DNA from: Chitinophagaceae bacterium
GTDB taxonomy: Bacteria > Bacteroidota > Bacteroidia > Chitinophagales > Chitinophagaceae
DNA: 32,000 bases
Direction of reading: 5' to 3'
Assembly: GCA_947504605.1 (NCBI GenBank)
Contig: CANNJE010000013.1
Coordinates: forward strand, 1 to 32,000
The notes under the pieces: model-generated
Seen by the model: the letters and a program-made list of their open reading frames with translations, nothing else
Databases searched by the model: none
Told to the model about the DNA's origin: nothing
Program-made: the position numbers and the translations under genes
Part shown: piece after piece, positions 9,164 through 17,693 of the stretch
How positions within the stretch are numbered: position 1 is the stretch's first letter
Layout: every line of letters begins with the position of its first letter

Positions 9164-10243
9164 TCAATTACCAGCCCAAGTATTAATAAATTGAGTTGCT
9201 ACCTGTTTGTAGTTAAAATGGTCTTCTACAAACCTTCTTGAAGCTAAGCCTATTTCTTCGATCTCACTTTTCCGATCTATTATTTGTATCATTTTTCTTT
9301 CTATATCTTTTACATCAGGCAAAATATTAAAAGCAGGTATAGAGATATCGCTTCCTAAATACTGATATGCAATTGGCTCCGCTCCCCCCATTACAACTTT
9401 ACCCATTGCCATACTGTTAAGCGCATTCATAGCCAGGCAATAAGAGCTTGACTGATCAATCACAATATTTGTTTCTGATAATAAATTTGTGTATTCTTCA
9501 AATGATAAATTTCCACCAAAAGCGATATTTACATCTGATGGATACCTCGCTTTTACATTCTCCATGGCTTGCTTTATAGTATTAGTGCCCTTAAACCCTA
9601 CTCTGCTTTCATTTAAACCATGAAAAAAACTAACCGCTCCATTTATTACAGTATTTTCTTTATATATCAATTTGTCTGTATCTATTGGATAGGAAATGAT
9701 ATTCCGATTTTTTTCACTATTTAAATACGCATAATGATATTCATATGCAAGAGGAATGATGCCATCTACAAAACCTTCAACATCATGCGCAATTAATTTT
9801 GTATACGTTTTTTGGTAAGGGCAGTTAGAATCTTTTTTATCAAACTCAAGGCATCCGCTGCAGGGGCTGTATTGTAGATTTTTATTTCCTTCATTATATT
9901 TATAGCCACAGCCTGCACTAATTAAAAAAATCTTTTTATTATGCTTTTTTAAATATCGGAGTAATAAGTTATTATAGAATGGAATTTTTTTATTAAAGAT
10001 GAAAGGTGATATCAATTGTACTACATCATACCCCTTAAATTTTTCAATATGTCTGATAGGATGCATAAAATCCTCTCTCAAAGTCCTAAGGCTAAGAGCA
10101 TTCGTATTGATAGAAATATCTGTTTCAAAATTTCTATACCCGTCCCCGTCAGCAGCCAATAACACTTCATTTCCGAAAAAACGCAATCCCTTTGCAAGAT
10201 TTGCATGCACTCCACTGAATTCTCCTAATAACAATATCTTCAT
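9164..10243 (-). CDS. GT-B fold (GT4-like) glycosyltransferase with an inserted Cys cluster
   Basis: 359 aa. The C-terminal half shows the GT-B donor-binding pattern (SSSYCLAMNALNSMAMGKVVMGG ... GLASRRFVEDHFNYKQVA). The N-terminal half is divergent and contains C-X15-C-X2-C-X9-C. Confidence 0.55.
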   Translation of the reverse strand: MKILLLGEFSGVHANLAKGLRFFGNEVLLAADGDGYRNFETDISINTNALSLRTLREDFMHPIRHIEKFKGYDVVQLISPFIFNKKIPFYNNLLLRYLKKHNKKIFLISAGCGYKYNEGNKNLQYSPCSGCLEFDKKDSNCPYQKTYTKLIAHDVEGFVDGIIPLAYEYHYAYLNSEKNRNIISYPIDTDKLIYKENTVINGAVSFFHGLNESRVGFKGTNTIKQAMENVKARYPSDVNIAFGGNLSFEEYTNLLSETNIVIDQSSSYCLAMNALNSMAMGKVVMGGAEPIAYQYLGSDISIPAFNILPDVKDIERKMIQIIDRKSEIEEIGLASRRFVEDHFNYKQVATQFINTWAGN

Positions 10244-10262
10244 ACAATCTAAAAGTAAATTT

Positions 10263-11594
10263 TTACACTCCTGACTTTATTTGAAATGATTTATTACTTA
10301 GGTAAAAGTAAATAATAACAAATAAAGCTACCTGAAAAATACTACCTACTACAGAAGCAATAGCAACCCCTTCAATCTCAAAATACAATGCTCCAAAATA
10401 TACTAATACCATATTAACAACCATTATAACAAATGTTACAAGCATCCCCGTTTTTTGTTTTTGGATAATTATAAACAAGCTATTTATAATCCCGATAACA
10501 TAATTGAAGGGAATTACCCAAATCATTATAGCAAAAATTGCCGTGGCATACTCAGGCAAATTTTTCATTAGCTTTATTGCAATAGGAATACTAAGATAAC
10601 ACACAAACATAACAGCTGCACCAATCAGAAAAATTACAGGTATGACTTTCAAAATAAACTTACTCAATCTATCAGGATTTTCAAGAAAAGTTCTGTTTAA
10701 TACCGGAAATAAAACAATCCCCATAAATGGAGCTGCTGCAGTAAAACAGGTAATAAGCATTAGCCCACTGCTATAAACCCCTAGGCTAATGCTTCCCATC
10801 AGCCCAAATATTATTAAAGTGTTTACACGGCTGCCAACTTGAAAAAAAACAACACTTAAAAGCAATGGCCAGATTTCCTTTGCCAAATAACGAAATGTTA
10901 TAGAAGCTGGTGTTTTAATTTTATATGCGCTATTTAACTGTGGGCTTTCAATATTGTTCATTTCTTTTCTTAACTTAATAAAAAAGTAAATATTGAAAAC
11001 GAAAAAAGCTAAAGAGTTAGCCAATATCACTAAATAAGTGACTAAGACAGAATAATTCAAAAGACAACTAATTGTAACTAACAAAATGGTTGCTAAAGTA
11101 TGTAGCGTTTTTACAAAGGAATATTTTTTATAAATCTTCAATGAAAGATAAATCATATAAAAAGTATCACAAAGAGCGTCAAAACCCTTAGCAACAATTA
11201 GAATCAATATAAAAAAGAAATTTTGTGTATTGGTTAGTGAAAAAAATACATGCTGAATAATCACTACTATTAATAAAGTAAAAAGTATAATTACCCCCCG
11301 GATTTGCACTACCTTTTTCAGATAAACTTCATTAAGTTTACTGTTAGTGCCAACATCCCTCATTATCAGGTTACCAAATGCAGAACCTAGTCCTAATATT
11401 ACAATTTGGGAAATAGCAGTCCCATAACTAAATACACCTAAAGCATCGGTGCCATAAAAACGGCTATACAATACACTAATAATAAAAACACCAAAAAGCC
11501 AGAGATATTCTGTAAATATTACCCAAATATTTTCTTTTAAAAAAGAACTTTTAGATTTTAATAAACTGAAGAGATTTTTAGTTTTAAAAAACAT
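10263..11594 (-). CDS. wzx: Wzx-type oligosaccharide flippase (MOP/polysaccharide biosynthesis protein family)
   Basis: 443 aa, about 12-14 hydrophobic spans. N-terminal pattern ...SRFYGTDALGVFSYGTAISQIV... is typical of Wzx/RfbX. Located in the glycan locus. Confidence 0.75.
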   Translation of the reverse strand: MFFKTKNLFSLLKSKSSFLKENIWVIFTEYLWLFGVFIISVLYSRFYGTDALGVFSYGTAISQIVILGLGSAFGNLIMRDVGTNSKLNEVYLKKVVQIRGVIILFTLLIVVIIQHVFFSLTNTQNFFFILILIVAKGFDALCDTFYMIYLSLKIYKKYSFVKTLHTLATILLVTISCLLNYSVLVTYLVILANSLAFFVFNIYFFIKLRKEMNNIESPQLNSAYKIKTPASITFRYLAKEIWPLLLSVVFFQVGSRVNTLIIFGLMGSISLGVYSSGLMLITCFTAAAPFMGIVLFPVLNRTFLENPDRLSKFILKVIPVIFLIGAAVMFVCYLSIPIAIKLMKNLPEYATAIFAIMIWVIPFNYVIGIINSLFIIIQKQKTGMLVTFVIMVVNMVLVYFGALYFEIEGVAIASVVGSIFQVALFVIIYFYLSNKSFQIKSGV

Positions 11595-11635
11595 GCTTAA
11601 GTGTATGGTTCAAAATTAAGGTTTAAAATTGAGCC

Positions 11636-12736
11636 TTAATAATTGTTAATGACCCCTACAATATATGCAAGATCTTTTTCAGGAATTATAGGACTTAACG
11701 GGAGAGAAATTATTTCTTTATGAATTAACTCACTTATCGGAAAGTTTTGGGTATTAATTTCTTTATAGGCAGGTTGTTCATGAGGAGGTATTGGATAATG
11801 AATGTTGGTTTCAATTCCATTGTCCAAAAGATACTGTTGAAAATGTTGCCTCTCTGCAACTCGCACAGTAAATACATGAAAAACGTGTGCTTCTTTTGCG
11901 GTTATTAAAGGTAAAGTTATTTTTGAATTTACAATATTACTAAGATAAAAGTCGGCTGCTTGCTTTCGCAGAATAGTTTCAGCATCAAGATATTTTAATT
12001 TAATAGAAAGTAAAGCTGCTTGAATTTCATCGAGCCTGCTGTTAATACCTTTATATAAGTTATGATATTTTTTGTGTGAACCATAGTTTCTTAATGCCTT
12101 TAGAACATTCGCAAGTTCTGCATCATTTGTAGTAACAGCTCCAGCATCACCTAGCGCCCCAAGGTTTTTACCAGGGTAAAAACTAAATCCACTTGCATCT
12201 CCTAAATTGCCACTTTTTTTACCATTGATATATACAGCTCCATGCGATTGTGCACTATCTTCAATTACTTTTAAACTATGTTTTTTTGCAATTGAATTAA
12301 TTGCATTCATATCACACAACTGACCATATAAATGAACAGGCATAATTGCTTTTGTTCTCTCTGTAATAAGAGGTTCTATTAAATTTGCATCCAATAGATA
12401 CGTATCAATATTAGGCTCACATAATATCGGCTTTAACCCAGCTCTAGAAATGGCTAAAATACTGGCAATGTAAGTATTGGATGGTACAATTACTTCGTCA
12501 CCATCTTGCATTATTCCAAGTTCTTTATAGCCTTCAAGTATAAGTATAAGCGCATCTAATCCATTAGCAACACCAATACAATATTCTGTTCCACAATAAC
12601 TGGCAAATTCATTTTCAAATACATCTAACTCTTTCCCCATGATGAACCAGCCACTTTTTAAAACCCTTTCAAAAGCATCAGTAAACTCTGTTTGATATTG
12701 CAGGTTTATTTTTTGGAGATCTAGAAATTTTATCAT
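11636..12736 (-). CDS. fdtB: PLP-dependent dTDP-3-keto-6-deoxyhexose 3-aminotransferase (FdtB/QdtB-like, DegT family)
   Basis: 366 aa DegT/DnrJ/EryC1. [16 protein letters not shown] retains the catalytic Lys. Immediately downstream of fdtA and fdtC homologs. Confidence 0.8.
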   Translation of the reverse strand: MIKFLDLQKINLQYQTEFTDAFERVLKSGWFIMGKELDVFENEFASYCGTEYCIGVANGLDALILILEGYKELGIMQDGDEVIVPSNTYIASILAISRAGLKPILCEPNIDTYLLDANLIEPLITERTKAIMPVHLYGQLCDMNAINSIAKKHSLKVIEDSAQSHGAVYINGKKSGNLGDASGFSFYPGKNLGALGDAGAVTTNDAELANVLKALRNYGSHKKYHNLYKGINSRLDEIQAALLSIKLKYLDAETILRKQAADFYLSNIVNSKITLPLITAKEAHVFHVFTVRVAERQHFQQYLLDNGIETNIHYPIPPHEQPAYKEINTQNFPISELIHKEIISLPLSPIIPEKDLAYIVGVINNY

Positions 12737-12750
12737 TAGTAGTTAAAATA

Positions 12751-13233
12751 TTAAAAGCGTTCAATAACAACACCATTTTGATTAACTTTTCCTGCCACCC
12801 TTGCAGGGTTGCCAAGCATTAGCGAATAAGGAGGGACATCTTTCGTAACAAGACTGCCAGCAGCTATTAAGGCGTACTCGCCAATATGCACCCCTCCCAT
12901 TATAGTAGAATTTGCGCCTACCGAAACAAAATTGTCAATCTTGGTAACCTGAAATTTTTGAGGATATTGTTTAGAGCGTGGATACTTATCGTTAACAAAT
13001 GTTACGTTCGGCCCAAGAAATACATCATTCCCAATTTCAATGCTATCCCAAATATATACACCACTTTTTATAGTTACACGGTCTCCGATTATTACATCAT
13101 TTTCAATAAAAGTATGACAATTAATATTACAATTTTTACCTATAGTAGCCCCTGATAATACAACAGCAAATTGCCATATGGTGGTTCCTTCACCAATTTT
13201 AGTTGTTTGAACATCTGCTGTTGGATGTATCAT
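12751..13233 (-). CDS. fdtC: Left-handed beta-helix N-acetyltransferase (FdtC/QdtC-like)
   Basis: 160 aa with hexapeptide repeats (IGKNCNI, IGDRVTI, IGNDVFL, VGANSTI, IGEYALI). Its ATG overlaps the fdtA stop by 1 nt (TAATG). Confidence 0.8.
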   Translation of the reverse strand: MIHPTADVQTTKIGEGTTIWQFAVVLSGATIGKNCNINCHTFIENDVIIGDRVTIKSGVYIWDSIEIGNDVFLGPNVTFVNDKYPRSKQYPQKFQVTKIDNFVSVGANSTIMGGVHIGEYALIAAGSLVTKDVPPYSLMLGNPARVAGKVNQNGVVIERF

Positions 13234-13655
13234 TATTTTATCAATTTAAATTGAGCAAAATCTCTGATATAATCCTTTTCTTCATAAACCATATTAGCTA
13301 TACACATTTGCACGGCGTTATGAGAATACTCCATTATATGCCAGCAATACTTTGGTATGTATACTCCCATATTAGGTGATTCCAAAACAAAGTGATCTTT
13401 TAACCCCCCAGGCATTTCAGTATTCACAATGATCCTACCCGATGTTGCTATCAAAAGCTGCTCCAATTCATGATGAGCATGCCCCCCCCTTTCTACACTT
13501 TCGGGTGTAAAATAAGTCCAATAAATTCTTTTTACCTCAAATGGCAAAGTGTCGTTTTCTGCTACTGAAATATAGCCCAATGAAGTATTCCCAATTTTTG
13601 AAAATTCAATCAAATAGGGTCTTGTATAAATTAAATTATCTTTTTGGTGCTCCAT
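13233..13655 (-). CDS. fdtA: dTDP-4-keto-6-deoxyglucose 3,4-ketoisomerase (FdtA/QdtA, WxcM-like cupin)
   Basis: 140 aa cupin with RIYWTY...ERGGHAHHELEQLLIATSG, the FdtA-family His pair. Gene order fdtA-fdtC-fdtB. Confidence 0.82.
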   Translation of the reverse strand: MEHQKDNLIYTRPYLIEFSKIGNTSLGYISVAENDTLPFEVKRIYWTYFTPESVERGGHAHHELEQLLIATSGRIIVNTEMPGGLKDHFVLESPNMGVYIPKYCWHIMEYSHNAVQMCIANMVYEEKDYIRDFAQFKLIK

Positions 13656-13676
13656 ATATTATTTTAAAAAATCAAG

Positions 13677-13684
13677 CAAAAATA
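13677..13684 (-). promoter_or_regulatory. Candidate -7 promoter box (TATTTTTG on the minus strand) upstream of fdtA
   Basis: Plus-strand CAAAAATA 22-29 nt upstream of the fdtA ATG at 13655, in the 250-bp gap after fcl. Confidence 0.35.
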
Positions 13685-13905
13685 CCTTTTTGTTTTTATA
13701 CTTATTATTGCAAGTTGAACTTTATAACTGATTGACATATTAGTTAATTTTCGAATGTCGACTACTATTATTTATAGTTTTGAGTTATTCGGTAATTACA
13801 AAATAAATACTGGGGCTACAATTTATCTTCGAACGCTTGTATCGTACCCATTTTTTTGGCTTTCTGTTTTTTTACCTTTTTAGCTATAATTCAAATTTTT
13901 AAGAC

Positions 13906-14841
13906 CTACTTGTTTGCAACCTTTATTTTGTAATCACTATAAACTTTCATTATTCCTTCCCTCACATCTATAGAATACCTCCACCCCATCTCATTTATCT
14001 TACTCACATCCATCAATTTCCTCAGAGTTCCATCAGGCTTGCTGCTGTCAAATACAATTTCTCCTTCATAGCCCACAATTTCCTTTATGAGTATTGCTAA
14101 GTCTTTAATACTAATATCTGTTCCACACCCTACATTTACACAACCTGCTTCATTATAATTTTCCATTAAAAAAATACAGGCCGATGCCATATCGTCTACA
14201 TGTAAGAATTCCCGCAAAGGAGTTCCACTACCCCAAACTGTTACATTTGGCTCTTTATTAATTAAAGCGGTATGGAATTTACTCAACAGCGCAGGCAGTA
14301 CATGAGAATTATTGAGATCATAATTATCATTTGGGCCATACAAATTTGTAGGCATGGCACTAATAAAATTACAGCCATACTGCGCCCTATATGCATCACA
14401 TAATTTTATACCTGCAATTTTTGCAATAGCATATGGTTCATTCGTTGTTTCCAGTATTCCTGTCAACAGATATTCTTCCTTTAAGGGCTGTGGTGCATTT
14501 TTAGGATATATGCAACTGCTACCAAGGAAGAGCATTTTTTCAACCTGATTCTTATACGCTGCATGAATGATGTTGGATTCGATCATCAGATTTTCGTAAA
14601 TAAAATCTGCCCGGTAAGTATTATTAGCATGAATACCGCCCACTTTAGCTGCAGCTAAAAAAACATAATCAGGCTTTTCTGTTTCAAAAAAATCATTAAC
14701 AGCCTGCTGGTTTTTCAGGTCAAGTTCTTTAGAACTTTTTAAAACAAAATTTTCAAATCCCTTTACCGTTAATGCCCTTAAAATTGCGGAACCAACCATT
14801 CCATTATGCCCGGCTATATATATCTTTCCGTTTGATTTCAT
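13906..14841 (-). CDS. fcl: GDP-L-fucose synthase (GDP-4-keto-6-deoxymannose 3,5-epimerase/4-reductase)
   Basis: 311 aa. [31 protein letters not shown]. Lies 2 nt downstream of gmd. Confidence 0.92.
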   Translation of the reverse strand: MKSNGKIYIAGHNGMVGSAILRALTVKGFENFVLKSSKELDLKNQQAVNDFFETEKPDYVFLAAAKVGGIHANNTYRADFIYENLMIESNIIHAAYKNQVEKMLFLGSSCIYPKNAPQPLKEEYLLTGILETTNEPYAIAKIAGIKLCDAYRAQYGCNFISAMPTNLYGPNDNYDLNNSHVLPALLSKFHTALINKEPNVTVWGSGTPLREFLHVDDMASACIFLMENYNEAGCVNVGCGTDISIKDLAILIKEIVGYEGEIVFDSSKPDGTLRKLMDVSKINEMGWRYSIDVREGIMKVYSDYKIKVANK

Positions 14842-14843
14842 CT

Positions 14844-15950
14844 TTACGCAATCGTTTTATGATATCCGTGCTCTTTTAATAATAATTGCATTTTCATTAA
14901 ATGCACATCTGAGGCTACCATCTCTTTAACAAGGGCAGATAAGTCATACTCCAATTTCCAGCCAAGTTTGGTTTTTGCTTTTGTTGGGTCTCCTATTAAT
15001 AGTTCTACCTCCGTTGGCCTGAAATAGTGTTTGTCCACAGCAATTACTTCTGTTCCCAAAGCTATTTGAAATTGTTCATTTGAGCATGCTGAAACTATTC
15101 CTATTTCATTTTCCCCCTCACCTTTAAACTCAATACTGATGCCAACTTCTGCAAATGACATACGCACAAAATCTCTTACAGTGGTAGTAATACCGGTAGC
15201 TATTACAAAATCCTCCGCCTTTTCCTGCTGCAAAATCAGCCACATTGCTCTTACATAATCTTTGGCATGCCCCCAGTCCCTTTGAGCATTTAAATTACCC
15301 AACCATAATTTATCTTTTAAACCCAAAGCTATTTCAGCAACCCCTCTTGTAATTTTACGGGTAACAAATGTTTCTCCCCTCAGCGGACTTTCATGATTAA
15401 AGAGGATGCCATTGCAGGCAAACATATTGTAAGCTTCCCTGTAATTTACCGTAATCCAATAGGCATACATTTTTGCTACCGCATAAGGTGAACGTGGATA
15501 AAAAGGCGTTTTTTCTGACTGAGGAACTTCCTGCACAAGGCCATACAATTCTGATGTAGATGCTTGGTAGATTTTAGTTTTTTTCTCAAGTTTCAATATC
15601 CTGATGGCTTCTAAAAGCCTCAGGGTTCCTATTCCATCAGTATTGGCTACATATTCAGGTGTTTCAAAACTTACATGAACATGGCTCATAGCTCCAAGGT
15701 TGTAAATTTCATCGGGCTGCACTTCCTGAATGATTCTTATCAAGTTTGTTGAATCCGTAAGATCGCCATAATGCAGTTTAAATCTTACATTCTTTTCATG
15801 CGGATCCTGATAAATATGATCTATTCGTTGGGTATTTATTTGAGAAGACCTTCGCTTGATACCATGCACCTCATAACCTTTTGATAGTAAAAGGTCGGCG
15901 AGATAGGCCCCGTCTTGCCCCGTTATTCCCGTAATGAGTGCTATTTTCAT
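14844..15950 (-). CDS. gmd: GDP-mannose 4,6-dehydratase
   Basis: 368 aa. [68 protein letters not shown]. Confidence 0.95.
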   Translation of the reverse strand: MKIALITGITGQDGAYLADLLLSKGYEVHGIKRRSSQINTQRIDHIYQDPHEKNVRFKLHYGDLTDSTNLIRIIQEVQPDEIYNLGAMSHVHVSFETPEYVANTDGIGTLRLLEAIRILKLEKKTKIYQASTSELYGLVQEVPQSEKTPFYPRSPYAVAKMYAYWITVNYREAYNMFACNGILFNHESPLRGETFVTRKITRGVAEIALGLKDKLWLGNLNAQRDWGHAKDYVRAMWLILQQEKAEDFVIATGITTTVRDFVRMSFAEVGISIEFKGEGENEIGIVSACSNEQFQIALGTEVIAVDKHYFRPTEVELLIGDPTKAKTKLGWKLEYDLSALVKEMVASDVHLMKMQLLLKEHGYHKTIA

Positions 15951-16048
15951 GAATTCAAAATTTATAATTACAGTATTTCAATTCTGGAAACTTTTTTAAT
16001 TAAAATTATCAGATTCGCTTTTCTGTCTGAAACTTGTTTTAAAGGGGG

Positions 16049-16056
16049 CAAAGCTA
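16049..16056 (-). promoter_or_regulatory. Candidate -7 box (TAGCTTTG on the minus strand) upstream of gmd
   Basis: Plus-strand CAAAGCTA about 100 nt upstream of the gmd ATG, in the 262-bp divergent region. Confidence 0.3.
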
Positions 16057-16160
16057 ATAAAAAAGGTCCTAGCGTTACAATATTTATCTATTAATTAATA
16101 AACTTTGAATAATATGTATAATTGATCAATTAATAAGAGTTATGCCTAATTCTTAGTTGT

Positions 16161-16168
16161 TAACTTTG
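16161..16168 (+). promoter_or_regulatory. Candidate -7 box (TAACTTTG) upstream of the 16213 membrane-protein gene
   Basis: Exact TAnnTTTG match 45 nt upstream of the ATG at 16213. Confidence 0.3.
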
Positions 16169-16212
16169 TTTTAGCCTGCGGAATACTGTTTTAAAATATA
16201 CAGTTCACAAAT

Positions 16213-17481
16213 ATGCATATAGAGTATTTATTTTTTATCATTTATCTTCTAATTTGTTTTTGGTTAATCCCCAAAAATGCCTTTGTAAAAGATGCAGGTT
16301 TATCTTTGCGAGTAACAAGGTTTTTATTAGCTTTTAGAATACTCATGGGACTTATTGGCGCCTATTACTTTGAAAGAGTTTTGGCTTTTTCAGATCCCGC
16401 TGTTTATAATGCAGAAGGTTATGCTCAATATGAACTTCTTATTTCTAACCCCACATTATTTTTTACAGATTTTAAAAATGATATCAATCATTATGGATTG
16501 GGGGGAGTTTTTGATTCTTCCTATAGTTTTTGGGCATACCTAAGGTTTAACCTGATTTATAAATTTATTGCAATCCTGGATCTGATTACCAGAGGGAATT
16601 TCTATCTTAATTCAATGGTATTTTCATCAATTATTTTCTTTGGAAATATTGCATTTTACAGAATTTACAGCGACATGTACAGGAACCATAAATTAAAAAT
16701 TTTATTTGCCTGCTTTTTACTCCCCTCCATCTTATTATATACCTCCTGCGTTCATAAAGACGGGCTAATTTTTCTAAGTACAGGTATGCTAAGTTTCCTT
16801 TTTTATACTTTTCTGAAGAATGAAGGAATAAGGAGTATAAAAACTTACCTCGTTTTTTTATTGGGTATTATTATAATCTTCTTATTTAGGAATTATGTAC
16901 TTGTTGTTTTGTTGCCTGCAATTTTTACAGTTTTATTATGCAAACTGCTTCCCTATAAAAGAAAAATAATATTTTTTATAAGCTATGCTTTTTTTGGTTT
17001 TCTTTTCTTTCTTTCTGGCTATTTCAGTTCTTCCTGGAGCCTTCCCAATGCCGTAATAAAACGGAAAGCCGATTTTGCCGTTTTAGCGGATGCCAACACT
17101 AATATTCCGATGAATGAATTAGACCCAACTGTCAAAAGTTTTATACAAAATCTTCCCCAGGCTATAAACCACTCACTCTTCAGGCCGTATTTGTGGGAAT
17201 TTTCTAATATAGGCATCATCCTAACTGCACTGGAATTGCTTTTTTATCAATTGCTCATAATTGGATTTATTTTTTTTAGGAATAAAAAAGAAACCATTCT
17301 CAACAACTTTAATTTATACGGTTTTGCATTTTTTATTAGCATGATGTTAATCATTGGTTACACAATACCCAATATTGGTGCTATTGTCAGGTACAGAAGC
17401 GTTTTCTGGATATTTTTAGTTTGTCCGTTATTATGTAATATCAAATGGCCTCAAATTAAATGGTCAGGGGATAAACGATAG
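16213..17481 (+). CDS. Polytopic (~12 TM) membrane protein, paralog of the 2338-3681 product. Function unknown (Wzy-, ligase- or GT-C-like candidate).
   Basis: 422 aa. It shares collinear motifs with the 2338-3681 protein: LPSILLYTSCVHKDGL / MPTLLLYSSTIYKETL, FRPYLWEF / FRPHIWEV, NIGAIVRYR / NFGTLIRYK. Confidence 0.55.
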   Translation: MHIEYLFFIIYLLICFWLIPKNAFVKDAGLSLRVTRFLLAFRILMGLIGAYYFERVLAFSDPAVYNAEGYAQYELLISNPTLFFTDFKNDINHYGLGGVFDSSYSFWAYLRFNLIYKFIAILDLITRGNFYLNSMVFSSIIFFGNIAFYRIYSDMYRNHKLKILFACFLLPSILLYTSCVHKDGLIFLSTGMLSFLFYTFLKNEGIRSIKTYLVFLLGIIIIFLFRNYVLVVLLPAIFTVLLCKLLPYKRKIIFFISYAFFGFLFFLSGYFSSSWSLPNAVIKRKADFAVLADANTNIPMNELDPTVKSFIQNLPQAINHSLFRPYLWEFSNIGIILTALELLFYQLLIIGFIFFRNKKETILNNFNLYGFAFFISMMLIIGYTIPNIGAIVRYRSVFWIFLVCPLLCNIKWPQIKWSGDKR

Positions 17482-17693
17482 TTTTTCTTTTGTCGCAGAC
17501 TGAATTCGTATTTAATATATTTTACAAAATTACTCCATAGATAAATCACAGATATGTCACATAGCAAAAATGGCTGATGCGTGTTGGCTGTTAAAAGCTA
17601 GCACCTAATATCGGAATAGAATGAATAGATAGTTCTGGCACAATATCGGGTAAGTTCAAAACCCATAATTCTTAACCCGTATCTTTGCCGCCT

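Noticed and set aside
16119-16132. Perfect 14-bp palindrome TAATTGATCAATTA in the gmd / membrane-gene divergent region, considered as an operator
   Set aside because: It is AT-rich and occurs only once, with no second half-site or partner regulator gene nearby. It is plausibly a chance occurrence in AT-rich intergenic DNA.
17554-17608. Short uORFs (MSHSKNG, 17554-17577, and MADACWLLKAST, 17570-17608) upstream of the ABC-F gene, considered as an attenuation leader like those of antibiotic-resistance ABC-Fs
   Set aside because: The ABC-F has Uup-like length and a C-terminal coiled coil, which points to a housekeeping type. I found no terminator/antiterminator hairpins between the uORFs and the start. 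Short ATG-initiated ORFs are expected by chance in about 200 nt.
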